Source: Bacteroidota bacterium
GTDB taxonomy: Bacteria; Bacteroidota; Bacteroidia; Flavobacteriales_F; PHOS-HE28
Direction: 5' to 3'
DNA: 64,000 nt
NCBI GenBank assembly: GCA_023418095.1
Contig: JAEZDL010000075.1
Span: 1,800-65,799 of the forward strand
A program made the translations under genes and the position numbers. A model generated the notes under the pieces. That model saw only the letters and a list, made by a program, of their open reading frames with translations, was not told where the DNA came from and did not search any database. This document shows, piece by piece, positions 10,699 through 20,388 of this stretch. Position 1 is the first letter of the stretch. Each line of letters begins with the position of its first letter.

Positions 10699-11100
10699 AT
10701 GGCAAAGCAAGAGCAGAAAGGAGGCGGCAAGAAAAAGAAGAAGAACGTTGTAGTGGAAGCCTATGGCCAAGCCCACATACAGGCAACGTTCAACAATCTT
10801 ATCATTTCCCTCACGAACAACAAGGGTGAAGTGATCAGCTGGTCCTCCTCCGGGAAGCAAGGCTTCCGCGGCAGTAAGAAGAACACGCCATACGCAGGAC
10901 AGGTGAGCGCCGAAGAGGCCGCTCGTGAAGCCCATGAACTGGGCCTGCGTAAAGTGAAGGTGTTCGTGAAAGGTCCCGGATCGGGCCGCGAAAGCGCCAT
11001 CCGCGCACTGCACAATAGCGGTGTGGAAGTGACCGAGATCATGGACATCACCCCAATGCCTCACAACGGCTGCCGTCCACCTAAAAAGCGCCGCGTTTGA
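10699..11100 (+). CDS. rpsK: 30S ribosomal protein S11 (uS11)
   Basis: ORF 10663..11100 trimmed to ATG 10699 ([33 protein letters not shown]...). Confidence 0.94.
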   Translation: MAKQEQKGGGKKKKKNVVVEAYGQAHIQATFNNLIISLTNNKGEVISWSSSGKQGFRGSKKNTPYAGQVSAEEAAREAHELGLRKVKVFVKGPGSGRESAIRALHNSGVEVTEIMDITPMPHNGCRPPKKRRV

Positions 11101-11169
11101 TCAACCGTAGGAGCGTATGGACGTACGCTCTGTTGTTGGTGCGTTGAGCGCACCCAAAAGAGAAAAAGA

Positions 11170-11778
11170 ATGGCACGTTACACAGGACCCAAGACCCGGA
11201 TCGCCCGGAAATTCAAGGAAGCGATCTACGGCCCGGATAAGTGGATGGAGCGCAAGCCCCACAGCCCCGGTCAACATGGACCCAATGCCCGCCGGCGCAA
11301 GAAGGAGAGCGAATATGCGATCCAACTTCGTGAAAAGCAGAAGGCGAAATACACCTACGGCATCCTCGAGCGCCAGTTCGAGAAGATGTACGAGCTCGCT
11401 TCCAGCAAGCGCGGGATCACCGGCGAGGTGCTCCTTCAACTTTGTGAAGCGCGTTTGGACAACACGGTATTCCGTCTGGGTATCGCTCCAACGCGCCGTG
11501 CCGCCCGCCAGCTGGTGAGCCATGGCCACATCACCGTTGATGGCCAGCCGGTGAACATCCCCAGCTACAACATCCGCCCTGGACAAACGATCGCGGTTCG
11601 TGAGAAGAGCCGCTCGTTGGAAGCGATCACGAACAGTGTTTCAGTGAACAGTGCGCGATACGATTGGTTGGAATGGAACCCGACCACACTGGCTGGAAAG
11701 TTCATCAACATGCCCGAGCGTGCGCAGATCCCGGAGAACATCCGTGAGCAGCTGATCGTGGAATTGTATTCGAAGTAA
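11170..11778 (+). CDS. rpsD: 30S ribosomal protein S4 (uS4)
   Basis: 202-aa [18 protein letters not shown]... with a C-terminal S4 RNA-binding domain. Confidence 0.96.
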   Translation: MARYTGPKTRIARKFKEAIYGPDKWMERKPHSPGQHGPNARRRKKESEYAIQLREKQKAKYTYGILERQFEKMYELASSKRGITGEVLLQLCEARLDNTVFRLGIAPTRRAARQLVSHGHITVDGQPVNIPSYNIRPGQTIAVREKSRSLEAITNSVSVNSARYDWLEWNPTTLAGKFINMPERAQIPENIREQLIVELYSK

Positions 11779-11798
11779 CAAAAACCAGCAGGAGACCA

Positions 11799-12791
11799 AT
11801 GCCCATCCTAGACTTCCAGAGGCCTGACAAGGTCACCATGATAGAATCCGACGACAAGCGCGGTTCCTTCGAGTTCCGTCCGCTTGAGCCGGGTTACGGT
11901 ATCACGATCGGGAATTCGCTGCGCCGGATCCTTCTGTCGTCACTCGAAGGTCACGCCATCACATCCGTACGGATCGAAGGCGTGGACCATGAGTTCAGCA
12001 CCATCAAGGGCGTGATCGAGGATATGACCGAGATCGTGCTCAACCTCAAACAAGTGCGCTTCCGTCGTCAACTCGACGATGTGAGCACCGAGAAAGTATC
12101 CTTCACCATCACCGGCAAGGACAGTTTCACCGCGGGCGATATCGGCAAGCACACCACGGGTTTCCAGGTGCTCAATCCAGATCTGGTGATCGCGCACATG
12201 GATAACAGCGTGAAGCTTCATGTGGAACTTACCGTTGGCAAAGGCCGTGGCTATGTTCCCGCTGATGAGAACAAGGTGGAAGGCTCGCCGATCGGAACGA
12301 TCTACATCGATTCCATCTTCACGCCGATCAAGAACGTGAAGTACACCGTGGAGAACACACGTGTGGAAGAGAAGACCGATTACGAGAAGCTCACGATCGA
12401 AGTGACCACTGACGGTAGCATCACGCCGAAGAACGCTCTTCAGGAAGCTGCCAAGATCCTGATCCACCACTTCATGCTGTTCAGCGATGAGCGGATCAGC
12501 CTGGATGTGGAGGAGCGTGTTGAAGCAGAAGAGTTCGACGAGACCAGCCTGCACATGCGCCAGTTGCTCAAGACGAAGCTCGTGGACATGGACCTCAGCG
12601 TTCGTGCCCTGAATTGCTTGAAGGCCGCTGACATCGAAACGCTCGGTGATCTGGTATCCTTCAACAAGAACGACCTCTTGAAGTTCCGCAACTTCGGGAA
12701 GAAGAGCCTTACCGAACTCGAGGACCTGGTGGAGAACAAGGGCCTGAGCTTCGGGATGAACGTAGCGAAGTATAAGTTGGATAAAGAGTAA
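11799..12791 (+). CDS. rpoA: DNA-directed RNA polymerase subunit alpha
   Basis: 330-aa ORF with alpha NTD and CTD (...[21 protein letters not shown]...), in the alpha-operon slot. Confidence 0.97.
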   Translation: MPILDFQRPDKVTMIESDDKRGSFEFRPLEPGYGITIGNSLRRILLSSLEGHAITSVRIEGVDHEFSTIKGVIEDMTEIVLNLKQVRFRRQLDDVSTEKVSFTITGKDSFTAGDIGKHTTGFQVLNPDLVIAHMDNSVKLHVELTVGKGRGYVPADENKVEGSPIGTIYIDSIFTPIKNVKYTVENTRVEEKTDYEKLTIEVTTDGSITPKNALQEAAKILIHHFMLFSDERISLDVEERVEAEEFDETSLHMRQLLKTKLVDMDLSVRALNCLKAADIETLGDLVSFNKNDLLKFRNFGKKSLTELEDLVENKGLSFGMNVAKYKLDKE

Positions 12792-12793
12792 AT

Positions 12794-12852
12794 GGTTGTC
12801 GGTTGTCGGTTGTCAGTTTTTGCTGGCAACTGACAACGAACAACTGACAACT
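12794..12852 (+). promoter_or_regulatory. extended imperfect stem-loop built from heptamer repeats in the rpoA-rplQ spacer
   Basis: The left arm is (GGTTGTC)x3 and the right arm is CAACTGA/CAACGAA-type heptamers. 12809-12818 pairs perfectly with 12828-12837, and further pairing extends out to 12794/12852. No T-tract follows. Confidence 0.55.
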
Positions 12853-12862
12853 GAGAATTGTC

Positions 12863-13363
12863 ATGAGACACGGGAACAAGAACAACGCGCTTGGCCGCAA
12901 GAAGGCCCACCGCGACGCGCTGCTGAGCAACATGGCGATCTCGCTGATCGAGCATAAGCGCATTGAGACAACCCTGGCCAAGGCCAAGGCGTTGCGCCGC
13001 TATGTTGAGCCGCTGCTCACGAAGAGCAAGGACGACACGACACATAGCCGCCGTACGGTTTTCAGCTATCTTCAAAGCAAGGATGCCACCGCGGCCCTTT
13101 TCCGGGATGTCGCCCCGAAGATCGCTGCGCGTCCAGGAGGTTATGTGCGGATCATCAAATTGGGTAATCGTCTCGGCGATGCCGCTGAAATGGCGATGAT
13201 CGAATTGGTGGATTTCAATACGACCTATACCAAGGAGAAAGCAGGCGCAGCTGCCAAGAAGACCCGCCGCACGCGTCGTGCCGGTGGAGCGAAAAAGGCC
13301 GAAGGTGCTGCAAAATCCGATCAGCCCAAAGCTGAAGGTGGTGAGGAGGCGAAAGCCGAGTAA
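12863..13363 (+). CDS. rplQ: 50S ribosomal protein L17 (bL17) with Lys/Ala-rich tail
   Basis: 166-aa [27 protein letters not shown]..., the last gene of the alpha operon. Confidence 0.95.
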   Translation: MRHGNKNNALGRKKAHRDALLSNMAISLIEHKRIETTLAKAKALRRYVEPLLTKSKDDTTHSRRTVFSYLQSKDATAALFRDVAPKIAARPGGYVRIIKLGNRLGDAAEMAMIELVDFNTTYTKEKAGAAAKKTRRTRRAGGAKKAEGAAKSDQPKAEGGEEAKAE

Positions 13364-13388
13364 TCCCGATCGGACCAGATCAATTGTT

Positions 13389-13412
13389 CAGAAGCGCCGC
13401 GAGGCGCTTCTG
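13389..13412 (+). terminator. putative intrinsic terminator after rplQ
   Basis: Perfect 10-bp stem CAGAAGCGCC / GGCGCTTCTG with a GCGA loop, 26 nt after the rplQ stop. The downstream T-tract is weak. Confidence 0.55.
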
Positions 13413-13478
13413 TCGTTCATGCCTGCCATTTCAGATCAAGCTCATACGTTATGACCGTAAAGGGATCCGCTATATTCG

Positions 13479-13901
13479 ATGCCCTTTGAAATTAGATCAC
13501 TACACACAATGGTCCAAGCGCAAGCCCGTCACATCCTGCTCATTTCCTTTCTCTTGCTCTGGCAGGGGCAGGATCTCTTCGGCCAGATCGGAGCAGTGGA
13601 ACATCATGCTGCTGACCAGCCCGTGGTACAAGCTGCTTATGATCTTCGATATGCTCCGCTGTGCATCGGAGAGACCTTTTATTCCCTGGAAGGGGAAGCG
13701 GATAAGAAGCACCCATTGAAAGTGAGGTTCGTGTTGAACGCATTCCGAAGAGGAGTACCCAATGCAGTGGCAACACGTGAGCTTCAATTTCAAGCCAACG
13801 ATGAGAAATTTGCCGTACGTGAATTCTTCATTGCGACAGCGCACCTGCAGTCCTTTACCGCTTGTGGAACGAAGAGACCGGGCTCGTACGTTTGTTCGTG
13901 A
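13479..13901 (+). CDS. hypothetical secreted protein, or the 5' fragment of a frameshifted gene continuing at 13921
   Basis: 140-aa ORF. The internal Met at 13509 gives a signal-peptide-like MVQAQARHILLISFLLLWQGQDLFGQ. No family recognised. Confidence 0.4.
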   Translation: MPFEIRSLHTMVQAQARHILLISFLLLWQGQDLFGQIGAVEHHAADQPVVQAAYDLRYAPLCIGETFYSLEGEADKKHPLKVRFVLNAFRRGVPNAVATRELQFQANDEKFAVREFFIATAHLQSFTACGTKRPGSYVCS

Positions 13902-13920
13902 TCGGATATGACCCCATACC

Positions 13921-14979
13921 TTGGAGCCGCTTGGAACTCCGGTCCAGATCGGCGAGATCCCTTTCGATCCCAAAAGCTACTATGGCACCGGACCATTGGT
14001 GCAGATCGCATCGAGTACGAGCGGTGACAAGATCCTGTTCTATTTCGACAAGATCAAAATGACCGATATACAGCTCGTCATGTGCTGGGTTACTGATGCT
14101 GAGTTCGTACCAGACTGGGCTGCGATATACAAGGTACCGGTGCATTCCTACGGTTCCAATATTGAAATGCATTTTAGTGATGCCGGCGCAGTCTACCTCA
14201 ATGTTTCCGCAGTGCTGCTCACCGAGGAGAAGACAAAGGAAAAGGCGGATGGTTCAACCAAAGTGAACGTAAAGAACAAGGAATTCCGGAACAAACAGGC
14301 CACTTTCTTCAAGTTGCACGATGAGGAATTTCTTCTGTGGAAATGTGAACTGGGAATCGAATTCCTTCACGATATAACCATGGATGTAGTGGGGAACAAA
14401 GCATGGTTCGGGGCCCTGGTCTCACCTACCAAAAAAGATGATCCTGCCGAATGGTTGATCGGCAGCCTACAGTCCGATCTTACTCCAACTACAGAATATC
14501 GTATTCCGGTGCAGGAGGATAAGAAAGAGCCCGGATATTTGAGCGATCTGGTGATGACGGAGGGCGGTGAAGGTTACATTTTTGGAGGCAGCATCGATCA
14601 GTTGTTCATCTGTGCATTCGATGCGACCGGGAAGCAGCGCTACCAGACCCGCATGAAATGGAGCCCGTACCTATCCCTCAATCCATTTTCTGAGAATGGC
14701 AGGCTTTATCTGGGTGTGATCGCGAGTTCCCAAGATCCTGCGAAACCGGAAGAACTTCAGCTGAAGACAATGGATCCTGCGCTGTTCCCAGTATTGATCG
14801 CTTTTGGTGAGGATGGGAAGCTTAAAGTGGACCAATCGATCAGCAGGGCGGACGGAGGCCAACGGGCATATGGAACGATCCAACCGGATTTCGAGGCGAT
14901 CGCAAGGTGTGGTTATCTGGTGGACTTCAATAATGACAATAAGCGACCTGGGTTGATCTCGGTCCCGATCGGGATGTAG
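13921..14979 (+). CDS. hypothetical protein (possibly the 3' part of a disrupted gene)
   Basis: 352-aa ORF, TTG-initiated in the ORF track and without a signal peptide. A 240-nt sample (14161-14400) is about 45% GC, below the flanks. No family recognised. Confidence 0.55.
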   Translation: MEPLGTPVQIGEIPFDPKSYYGTGPLVQIASSTSGDKILFYFDKIKMTDIQLVMCWVTDAEFVPDWAAIYKVPVHSYGSNIEMHFSDAGAVYLNVSAVLLTEEKTKEKADGSTKVNVKNKEFRNKQATFFKLHDEEFLLWKCELGIEFLHDITMDVVGNKAWFGALVSPTKKDDPAEWLIGSLQSDLTPTTEYRIPVQEDKKEPGYLSDLVMTEGGEGYIFGGSIDQLFICAFDATGKQRYQTRMKWSPYLSLNPFSENGRLYLGVIASSQDPAKPEELQLKTMDPALFPVLIAFGEDGKLKVDQSISRADGGQRAYGTIQPDFEAIARCGYLVDFNNDNKRPGLISVPIGM

Positions 14980-15094
14980 ACGAGCGCTGAGCAGTTTTAT
15001 TCAAGTTGGCTCCACGCTGTTAAAGATCATTTGATGATCGCACGAATCAGAAGCGCAGCGAGTATCGATCCACCGCAGATCGCCTCCAAAACCT

Positions 15095-15102
15095 TACCTT
15101 TG
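15095..15102 (+). promoter_or_regulatory. Bacteroidota-type -7 promoter box TACCTTTG upstream of carA
   Basis: Exact match to the TAnnTTTG consensus, 25 nt before ATG 15128. Confidence 0.45.
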
Positions 15103-15127
15103 CGGCGCCAAATCCCACCACCGCACC

Positions 15128-16264
15128 ATGCTCGTAAGCCAGCGCCCCAAAGCGATCCTTCTTCTTGCCGATGGGACCGTTTTTGAAGGGCGCGCGATCG
15201 GTGCAAAGGGGATCACCACCGGCGAGATCTGCTTCAATACCGGAATGACCGGCTACCAGGAGATCTTTACCGATCCCAGCTATACCGGGCAGATCATGGT
15301 GATGGCCACACCGCACATCGGCAATTACGGTGTGAAGGCCGATGAGGTGGAAAGCCACAAGCTCACCATTGCGGGACTGGTAGTGAAGAAGTTCAGTGAT
15401 GTTTGGAGCCGGCCTGCGGGAGATGGATCGCTCGAAGATCTGCTGAAGGCGCAGGGCGTTGTCGGGATCAGTGATATCGATACCCGGCAGTTGGTGAAAC
15501 ACATTCGTGACAGAGGCGCCCAGAACGCGTTGATCAGCAGCACCGAGATGGATCTGGATCAACTGAAGAAGCGATTGGCCCAAACACCGAGCATGGAAGG
15601 GCTGGAACTTTCCAGCAAGGTGTGTGGAACCGAAGCGTATGAGCTTGGCCAGGAGAACAAAGGAATGCGTGTGGCGGTGGTGGATTTCGGGGTGAAGCTG
15701 AACATCGAGCGGAGCCTGCTGGAACGCGGCTGCCGCGTAAAGGTCTTCCCGATGCACATTCCGGTCGCCGAAATGCTTGCCTGGAAGCCTGATGGATTTC
15801 TGATCGGAAATGGTCCCGGTGATCCAGGTGCGATGCCCGATAGTGTCGATCTTGTGAAGCGGATCGTGGCAACGGGAATTCCTGTATTTGGGATCTGTCT
15901 CGGGCATCAGCTTCTGGCGGAAAGCTTCGGATTGCCGACCGAGAAAATGCATCATGGACATCGCGGCATCAATCATCCGGTGAAGGACCTTACCACCGGC
16001 CACGATGAGATCACTTCGCAGAACCACGGCTTCGTGGTGCGCAGGAAGGAGATCGACAGCCATCCGGAATTGGAACTGACGCACGTGCATTTGAACGATG
16101 GAAGCGTGGCTGGCATGGCCGTGAAGGACCGCCCGATCTTCAGTGTGCAATACCATCCTGAAGCTGGTCCGGGTCCGCTCGACAGCCGCTACCTTTTCGA
16201 TCGCTTCGTAGAAAATATGATGGCCCACGCCGGCGTTGAACAGGCCATTCACCAGAACGCTTGA
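15128..16264 (+). CDS. carA: carbamoyl-phosphate synthase small (glutamine amidotransferase) subunit
   Basis: 378-aa ORF with a CarA N-domain plus a class-I GATase (GICLGHQLL, SVQYHPEAGPGP). Confidence 0.95.
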   Translation: MLVSQRPKAILLLADGTVFEGRAIGAKGITTGEICFNTGMTGYQEIFTDPSYTGQIMVMATPHIGNYGVKADEVESHKLTIAGLVVKKFSDVWSRPAGDGSLEDLLKAQGVVGISDIDTRQLVKHIRDRGAQNALISSTEMDLDQLKKRLAQTPSMEGLELSSKVCGTEAYELGQENKGMRVAVVDFGVKLNIERSLLERGCRVKVFPMHIPVAEMLAWKPDGFLIGNGPGDPGAMPDSVDLVKRIVATGIPVFGICLGHQLLAESFGLPTEKMHHGHRGINHPVKDLTTGHDEITSQNHGFVVRRKEIDSHPELELTHVHLNDGSVAGMAVKDRPIFSVQYHPEAGPGPLDSRYLFDRFVENMMAHAGVEQAIHQNA

Positions 16265-16284
16265 ACCTCATCATCCTATTCTGA

Positions 16285-17574
<1,290 letters not shown>

Positions 17575-17721
17575 TTTTTTGGGCGGGTTTCCGTCAGGTC
17601 GTGGCGGAGCTTGTCCTGAGCGGAGTCGAAGGGGTTGCAAGTCCGCGCTCAGGAAATGAAAAGAGTCCGCTTCGCCTCCGGAGAGGGGCTGGGGGTGAGG
17701 CCTCGCTTACGGGCTTTCCAC
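17575..17721 (+). repeat. intergenic repeat element, copy A (variant module 1 + module 2)
   Basis: It starts TTTTTTGGGCG immediately after the eno stop. It contains the 9-bp inverted repeat TCCTGAGCG(17614)...CGCTCAGGA(17654). It also carries CCGCTTCGC..CTCCGGAGAGGGGCTGGGGGTGAGG..CGGGCTTTCCAC, which is shared with 35258-35315 (minus strand). Confidence 0.6.
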
Positions 17722-17850
17722 CTGCGCCACTTACGCAGATCCGGTCGTTGCCGAACATGATCCTGTCGTTGACCGATCATTCCAGGCCTTTCCGTTCAAG
17801 ATCGGATCGAAAGGCTCACAGGTGATCGAGCCCTTCGATCTGGATCGGAT

Positions 17851-20277
17851 CTATTTCACGATCGTTACGCGCCCGGTCCGGTGTACGTTGCCGGACAGAT
17901 CACGGAATCGCACTTCATAAGTTCCTGCCGCGATCGCTGGTAACGGAATATGGGTGATCGCACCATCGCTCGGTTGCCATAACACCATGCGGCCTTTCCG
18001 ATCCATCAATTCATAAACACCCCGCGGATCCGCCCGATCGGTTTCGATCGTGATCCTGTCCTGCGCCGGATTCGGATAGATCGACCATTGTATTTCCTCT
18101 GAGTGTTCTGCGATCGAGACCGCGCTTTTCCTCCAGCCCAGCGCGTATTCGCCCGCACGCAATCCGCTGAATTCGATCCGGCCCCATTTATCCGTCGGGT
18201 TGCCCAGCGTTTGAATGGTGAAATCCGGATGTGGGACCCAGCCGGCATGTTGATCCTCGCGGTAGAGAAGCACAAGACTATCCTCGTGGAATGCGATTGT
18301 TCCCGCATTTTGCATCAGTTCAAGATCAAGCGAACTGTTCACTGTAGCTCTTCCATCGTATTCGATCCGTGCATCGATCTGCGCTTCCGTCGGAAAGTTC
18401 CCGATCACGCGCCACCATCGATCCGGGGAGATCTGGTACATGAATTCTTCCTCCACCTCTTGATCTGCCGAAACCCAGTATTGCTCGATCCGGATCGGCA
18501 TCGGTGCATCGATCGCACCAACGGTAACACGGAAATTAGAGATCGGATAGCTCTTCGATCCGGTCTGCGTAAGCGTATCCTCATCCGCAGTGATCGCAAG
18601 GCTGATCAGTTCATCGGCATTGAGAATGATCGCGATCGGTTCGAACGGTGGCTGGATCGAAGCGATCGAAATTTCACCACCAACTACGATCCGATCCGGT
18701 GTTATCCAACGTTCACCATTCGAACCAATGCACGTCACTGCAAGAGGCACATTGTTGAAGAATTCGTTTGCTCCGCGCAGCTTCTGCTGAATGTGGATCG
18801 TTGTCTGCAGATCATTATCCACTTGGAACGAGTCAACTTCAAAAGAGGCCCAGCCCGGTTGGAAAATGTGATCGGCGAAGAAATCGGTCATATCCACACC
18901 GGTCGATGCACTGAGATGATCGCGCAACATCATGCTGTTCACCGGCTGGAATTCATGTTGATCCAGGAAACTGGTAAGCCCCGATCGGAACAGGCTGTCG
19001 CCGAGGTAACCGCGAAGTGAATGGATCACATCAGCGCCCTTGTCGTAGGAATGCGAGCCATAGGTCCATTGCTGTGGCACATCGGCGAGCGGCCACCAAC
19101 CTTCATCGAGCAGATGGGCCTGGTGCACCATTTTTCGATGGTTGCTGCGAATGATCTGCATGTACCTATCGCGGCCGTAGACACCTTCAAAAAAGAGAAA
19201 GCTCAGGTATTCCGCGAAGCCTTCGTTGAGGTACATCTCCTCGGCGCGCTCGCAGGTCACCAGATTACCGAACCATTCGTGCGCGAGTTCATGCGCCATG
19301 ATATCCTCCGGATCGAGCGATCCATCCACGATCGAAGCCGGGAAATGGATGCTCGTGGAATGTTCCATCGCACCGATCGGCGTTAGAACATAACCAATCT
19401 TCTGCCAGCGAAATCGCCCGAACCACGATTCGAAGTGATCGAACGCGACCGGAAGGTTCATGAAGGAGGATGACATGTTCGCAATGTCCGGCTGCCGTGC
19501 AGCGAGTACGATCGGAACTTCGTTGCCTGCGATGCTTTGTACCGTATCGCTCACGGAAAGGTATTCCGCAGCGGAAACCGATGCGAGATAAGCCGGGATC
19601 GGAAGATCCTTTTTCCAATGGCGGATCAACGTGTCACCGGTCTGTATTTCATCGATCAGTTCACCGTTGCACCAGGCGTTCTTTCCCCCATTCGTTCGTA
19701 CTATGAATTCGTACGTGTTCCGTTCGGTGAAATTGTCCACGCATGGAAACCACGCGCGGCCGTAGGAATGTGGAATGCTCTCGAATGCGACGCCGAGGTT
19801 GTAGATGTAAGAAGGCGTGGTGTAGAATCCGCCGAAACCGCTTGGATCGGTGGCCGGATCGCCGTGATAATGAATGGTGAAAGTCACCGTGTCCGTTATA
19901 AGAAGAGTGTTGCCGAACTGGATCGTAAGCAGTTCATCGGTATGCACATGATCCAATGTTGTACCTGCCATTACGATCGAGTCGACCGTGAGCCCGAGAA
20001 GTTGTAATTGGATCATTTCCTGATCAGCCAACCGTGGTGCGGCCTTCACTTCACAAGCTGCGCTGATCACATTGGGTGAAGTAAGATCGAGGGTGATCTT
20101 TTGGTGAAGGATATCCATCGGCCAGAGATCCATCGCCCCGCCTTTCAATGTTCCTGTCCTATGCAAATGCCCTTTGGTACTCCTGCAATCGGTCTGCGCA
20201 ATAGTTGCAACGGCCAGGAATGTGAGACATGCCATGAGAACCGATCGGAGGAAGAAGTGAATGGAAGCCAATTGCAT
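17851..20277 (-). CDS. M1-family zinc aminopeptidase with T9SS type-A C-terminal sorting domain
   Basis: 808-aa ORF with a signal peptide, HELAHEWFGN...NEGFAEY (the M1 HExxH-E motif) and a C-terminal YPNPAQDRITIE... Por-secretion-tail-like domain. Confidence 0.88.
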   Translation of the reverse strand: MQLASIHFFLRSVLMACLTFLAVATIAQTDCRSTKGHLHRTGTLKGGAMDLWPMDILHQKITLDLTSPNVISAACEVKAAPRLADQEMIQLQLLGLTVDSIVMAGTTLDHVHTDELLTIQFGNTLLITDTVTFTIHYHGDPATDPSGFGGFYTTPSYIYNLGVAFESIPHSYGRAWFPCVDNFTERNTYEFIVRTNGGKNAWCNGELIDEIQTGDTLIRHWKKDLPIPAYLASVSAAEYLSVSDTVQSIAGNEVPIVLAARQPDIANMSSSFMNLPVAFDHFESWFGRFRWQKIGYVLTPIGAMEHSTSIHFPASIVDGSLDPEDIMAHELAHEWFGNLVTCERAEEMYLNEGFAEYLSFLFFEGVYGRDRYMQIIRSNHRKMVHQAHLLDEGWWPLADVPQQWTYGSHSYDKGADVIHSLRGYLGDSLFRSGLTSFLDQHEFQPVNSMMLRDHLSASTGVDMTDFFADHIFQPGWASFEVDSFQVDNDLQTTIHIQQKLRGANEFFNNVPLAVTCIGSNGERWITPDRIVVGGEISIASIQPPFEPIAIILNADELISLAITADEDTLTQTGSKSYPISNFRVTVGAIDAPMPIRIEQYWVSADQEVEEEFMYQISPDRWWRVIGNFPTEAQIDARIEYDGRATVNSSLDLELMQNAGTIAFHEDSLVLLYREDQHAGWVPHPDFTIQTLGNPTDKWGRIEFSGLRAGEYALGWRKSAVSIAEHSEEIQWSIYPNPAQDRITIETDRADPRGVYELMDRKGRMVLWQPSDGAITHIPLPAIAAGTYEVRFRDLSGNVHRTGRVTIVK

Positions 20278-20340
20278 GTGACGAATTTAGGCGTAAGGCC
20301 CACGGCGGATCAGCGTACTGGACAAGTTCAGCAGGATCCC

Positions 20341-20348
20341 TAATTTTG
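20341..20348 (+). promoter_or_regulatory. Bacteroidota-type -7 promoter box TAATTTTG
   Basis: Exact TAnnTTTG match, 40 nt before ATG 20389. Confidence 0.45.
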
Positions 20349-20388
20349 GGACAATGGGTTGGGATCCCAACGAACAGATCGTCACGCG

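Noticed and set aside
17601-17825. 74-aa ORF in the eno / M1-peptidase spacer.
   Set aside because: It is the translation of the intergenic repeat element (...GAGGEASL...). It has no start context or coding-like composition.
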